DNA of 64,000 nucleotides from Escherichia coli (GTDB lineage Bacteria; Pseudomonadota; Gammaproteobacteria; Enterobacterales; Enterobacteriaceae): NCBI RefSeq assembly GCF_030013205.1, contig NZ_CP122648.1; one strand, 5' to 3'. Shown piece by piece: positions 61,114 to 64,000 of this stretch (position 1 is its first letter; each line of letters starts with the position of its first letter). The notes under the pieces were generated by a model. It saw only the letters and a program-made list of their open reading frames with translations, ran no database searches and was not told where the DNA came from. The position numbers and the translations under genes were made by a program.

Positions 61114-61506
61114 TTACCACTTTTTATTCAGCAGGCGGTCGATGCTATACGCGCCCGGACCGGTAATTGCCAGCAGCAGGAATCCGCCAGAAATTGTCAG
61201 GTTTTTCATGAACATCAGCGAGTTGACGCCTTCAGCAAAGTTGCTGTGAAATAAAAATGCCGTCAGCAGCGTAAAGCCCGCAGTAAACAGGGCTGTGGTG
61301 CGAGTCAGGAAACCAAACAGGATTGCCAGACCGCCACCAAACTCAAGCAGAATCACCAGCGGCAGCATAAAGCCTGGGACACCCATCGCTTCCATATATT
61401 GTTGGGTACCCGCGTAGCCAGTAATTTTTCCCCAGCCTGCGGTAATAAACAGAATCGGCATTAAAATGCGCGCTACCAGTACACCAACATCTTCTAATTT
61501 TTTCAT
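61114..61506 (-). CDS. yqjF: DoxX-family membrane protein (130 aa)
   Basis: ORF track 61114..61596; likely start MKKLEDVGVLV. Confidence 0.85.
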   Translation of the reverse strand: MKKLEDVGVLVARILMPILFITAGWGKITGYAGTQQYMEAMGVPGFMLPLVILLEFGGGLAILFGFLTRTTALFTAGFTLLTAFLFHSNFAEGVNSLMFMKNLTISGGFLLLAITGPGAYSIDRLLNKKW

Positions 61507-61692
61507 CATACTCTCCACTGCGCCACTCAGGCTGCTGATTGTTTTTTTGTGCAAGGGCGCGGTATTAGCGTCGTTGCTGTCGATGGAGAGAATCATAAAC
61601 GTGGTGAATGATGATTGTTAGCAAGGAAAACTGTCAAAAATCTTCAAAAAATTTGAGGGATAAGGCCGGAATGGCTCCGGCCAGAGAGGTTA

Positions 61693-61992
61693 TTAACCGC
61701 GAAGCTGTTGCTGCTTGAGGGGCGTTTTAACCAGACGCCAGGCGCTCCATACGCCAAAACTGCGTCTGGCCCAGCGGACCAGCATATTAGGATGGCGAAT
61801 CGTCCAGATCGCCATCACGCTACTGCCAACCAGCGCCCAGGAGCGCAGACTTAGCAGCATATTCCAGCGACGATCGTAAGCGCCTGTTGCCTCCAGCCAT
61901 TCACGACGACTGGCAGAAAGATCCAGCCGTTGTTGCTGGATCTGGCTAAGCAGTTGCGCCTTACGTCGTTCACGTTCGACTTTACTGCTCAC
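61693..61992 (-). CDS. yqjK: uncharacterized protein YqjK (99 aa, GTG start)
   Basis: ORF track 61693..62094; shorter start inferred. Confidence 0.7.
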   Translation of the reverse strand: MSSKVERERRKAQLLSQIQQQRLDLSASRREWLEATGAYDRRWNMLLSLRSWALVGSSVMAIWTIRHPNMLVRWARRSFGVWSAWRLVKTPLKQQQLRG

Positions 61993-62386
61993 GGGACTCC
62001 TCCTCGAGCAGCTGCCGATCGTTTGCCAGCTCATGGCGTGTATGGCGCAGCAAGGTGGATTTACGCGATTTACGTAACGTCCAGATACCGCCAATCAGTG
62101 CCAGTAGCAGCAACACCACGGTGGTGGCAATCATCGCATTCAGGCGATATTGCGGATCAACCGCCCAAATAATCAGCACCATCAGGCTCATAAGACCAAA
62201 TGCAGCGAAAAGCATCGTCAGGCCCAGCATCAGTAAAAGTTGAAAGAGATTCGCTTTTTCCTCTTCCAGCTCCACCACCGCCAGCCGCAGACGTGTTTCC
62301 ACCATTTCAACCATGATGGAAACAATTCGCTGCCCGATGCCCAGAACGCTTTTACCGGGCCCTTGCGCGTGATGAGTGTCCGCCAT
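61982..62386 (-). CDS. yqjE: DUF1469 inner membrane protein (134 aa)
   Basis: ORF track 61982..62455; likely start MADTHHAQGPG. Confidence 0.85.
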   Translation of the reverse strand: MADTHHAQGPGKSVLGIGQRIVSIMVEMVETRLRLAVVELEEEKANLFQLLLMLGLTMLFAAFGLMSLMVLIIWAVDPQYRLNAMIATTVVLLLLALIGGIWTLRKSRKSTLLRHTRHELANDRQLLEEESREQ

Positions 62387-62388
62387 AA

Positions 62389-62694
62389 TTAACGACGCGA
62401 CAGCAGAACGCCGAGCACTACACCGATTGCAGCGCCAATGCCCACGCCCGTCCATGGATTTTCACGCACATACTCATCGGCACGCGCCGCCGCGACACGG
62501 GTTTGTTTGGCGATGGCATCACCGGTTTCACCCAGGCGATAACGGCTCTGTTTCAGTGCCTGCTCCGCTTTGCTACGAATCTTACTCAACTCTTCTTTCG
62601 ACTTCTCGCCAGATGAGCTAAGCACCTCTTCCAGCGTATCGGAAAGGGATTTCAACTCAGCACGCAGATGTTCCGTAGTGTGTTCTTTCGACAT
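62389..62694 (-). CDS. yqjD: ribosome-associated membrane-anchored protein, ElaB/YgaM paralog (101 aa)
   Basis: ORF track; C-terminal TM anchor. Confidence 0.9.
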   Translation of the reverse strand: MSKEHTTEHLRAELKSLSDTLEEVLSSSGEKSKEELSKIRSKAEQALKQSRYRLGETGDAIAKQTRVAAARADEYVRENPWTGVGIGAAIGVVLGVLLSRR

Positions 62695-62731
62695 AGTTTT
62701 CTCCAGGTGAGTAAGTAGTGACTATTGTGAG

Positions 62732-63100
62732 TTAGTAGTCGCGCGCTTCCAGCTTTTTCAGCTCTTCCTGCGCTTCTGCCAGTTTCCGTTCGCGTTTGGC
62801 AATCTTATCGGCATCGCCTTTTTGCTTCGCCTCGGTTAAATCTTGCTGGCGTTCCGCCACCTCATCTTTCTGCTTTGCGATTTTCTTCTGATGATCGGCA
62901 CGCAGCTGGCTATCTGAACAGTTGGCCCGGACTTCACTCAGGGCTTTATTCAGACCGTCAATACGATTCTGGTTTTGGTGTTTTTCGGCATAGCTGATCT
63001 CCTTAAGGATATTTTGCTCCTTTTCCTGACACAGGGTAGTGGCATAACTACCGGCACTAAGAGCAAAAAGAGAAACAGCTAAAGCGATGCGGTATTTCAT
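62732..63100 (-). CDS. yqjC: DUF1090 periplasmic protein (122 aa)
   Basis: ORF track 62732..63115; likely start MKYRIALAVSLFAL with signal peptide. Confidence 0.85.
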   Translation of the reverse strand: MKYRIALAVSLFALSAGSYATTLCQEKEQNILKEISYAEKHQNQNRIDGLNKALSEVRANCSDSQLRADHQKKIAKQKDEVAERQQDLTEAKQKGDADKIAKRERKLAEAQEELKKLEARDY

Positions 63101-63246
63101 TCTTGAACCTTCCATTGTGATTCGGACCTATTACAAAGGAACGATTGTCCAGACAACGAAGCGGTAGTGTTAACCACCGCCTCATTAATCATAGACAGTT
63201 ACGGTGAAATCACCAAAGTCAGTGATATGTTTCGGATAACAGGAAG

Positions 63247-63630
63247 TTATCCGAAGCGATGAGAGTTATCCCGCAACCGGGTCAGCCACTGCATAGCCTG
63301 ACTATTATTGTCCTGCTGCGCGATGATGTAGCCATGGGGCAATGTTCTGTCGAGGACCGCTTTTGCGGCGGCACTCTGGTCGCTGGAGTCAAAGGTAATT
63401 AACAGAGTGTCATTTTTGGGGGTGATACTTTTGAAAGGAATGCCGTGAGCGTCAAGGTGATGCCAGATTGAAAAACCGTCTGGCATCGTTGTCCCTTGAT
63501 GAACGGCACGAATCGCCAGCGTAGACTCTTGCTGGCGAACCGCGGACCAGGCCAGCAACAGTGTGCCGACCAGAAGTAAAACAGCGCCGGACCAGGCTAG
63601 CTGGCGAAGCGACATGCGAGGTATTTGCAT
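63247..63630 (-). CDS. mzrA: modulator of EnvZ/OmpR regulon (127 aa)
   Basis: ORF track. Confidence 0.9.
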   Translation of the reverse strand: MQIPRMSLRQLAWSGAVLLLVGTLLLAWSAVRQQESTLAIRAVHQGTTMPDGFSIWHHLDAHGIPFKSITPKNDTLLITFDSSDQSAAAKAVLDRTLPHGYIIAQQDNNSQAMQWLTRLRDNSHRFG

Positions 63631-63633
63631 CCC

Positions 63634-64000
63634 TTACCCCCGATTTCCATATTTCTTTTTCCATAACACGACCAGAGAACCTGCCAGGCCAAACACCAGC
63701 AGCACCACCGGGAGCAGCATCAGGCATGACATCAGCTGGTCCTCGTACTTTAAAAATACCGGCGTTTTGCCGAGCATGTAACCCAGAGTTGTCAGGATCA
63801 ATACCCACAGCAGACCGCTCATCCAGTTGAAGAACTGAAAGCGCGCGTTATTCAGCCCTGATAATCCGGCAATCGTCGGCAGCAGTGTTCTGACAAATGC
63901 AATAAAGCGACCAATTAACAGCGCCGATAAACCGTGTTTATGAAAAAGATGGTGTGCGCGTTGATGATAATGCGCGGGTAAATGAGATAGCCAGTTTTGT
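63634..64000 (-). CDS. yqjA: DedA-family inner membrane protein, C-terminal part (5' end outside window)
   Basis: ORF track 63634..63822 plus open frame continuing to window edge. Confidence 0.85.
   Translation of the reverse strand, partial: QNWLSHLPAHYHQRAHHLFHKHGLSALLIGRFIAFVRTLLPTIAGLSGLNNARFQFFNWMSGLLWVLILTTLGYMLGKTPVFLKYEDQLMSCLMLLPVVLLVFGLAGSLVVLWKKKYGNRG

Overview
This window is an Escherichia coli-type chromosomal segment, colinear with the K-12 region infB to yqjA but read in the opposite orientation to K-12 numbering. Gene order: infB(3' part)-rbfA-truB-rpsO-pnp-nlpI-deaD-mtr-[IS621]-yhbW-ubiV-ubiU-ubiT-yhbS-yhbQ-yhbP-yhbO-yraR-yraQ-dolP-diaA-yraN-lpoA-rsmI-agaI-agaDCB-kbaY-agaS-agaAFEWV-kbaZ-agaR-yhaV/prlF-garD-garP-garL(frameshifted)-garR-garK-rnpB-yhaC-yhaB-tdcR-tdcABCDEFG-cyuP-cyuA-yhaL-yhaK-yhaJ-yhaI-yhaH-yqjG-yqjF-yqjK-yqjE-yqjD-yqjC-mzrA-yqjA(partial). 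Almost all of it is ordinary, well-known core genome; I did not find a multi-gene system that looks wholly undescribed. The most system-like accessory feature is an IS110-family element (IS621-like, 9740..11019) inserted into a REP sequence between mtr and yhbW, made of a ~190 bp noncoding left end (candidate bridge/guide RNA) plus a 326-aa DEDD recombinase. The second notable observation is that garL is split across two frames exactly at a perfect 18-bp-arm inverted repeat, which looks like a templated quasi-palindrome mutation. Other differences from K-12 as I recall it: a complete aga/kba N-acetylgalactosamine/galactosamine cluster, and no yraHIJK fimbrial operon between rsmI and agaI. An AT-rich yhaB-yhaC-tdcR islet sits next to duplicated rnpB 3' ends. 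No rRNA, tRNA or CRISPR array was seen. All gene identities come from reading the ORF-track translations and the sequence against remembered E. coli proteins; no database search was run.
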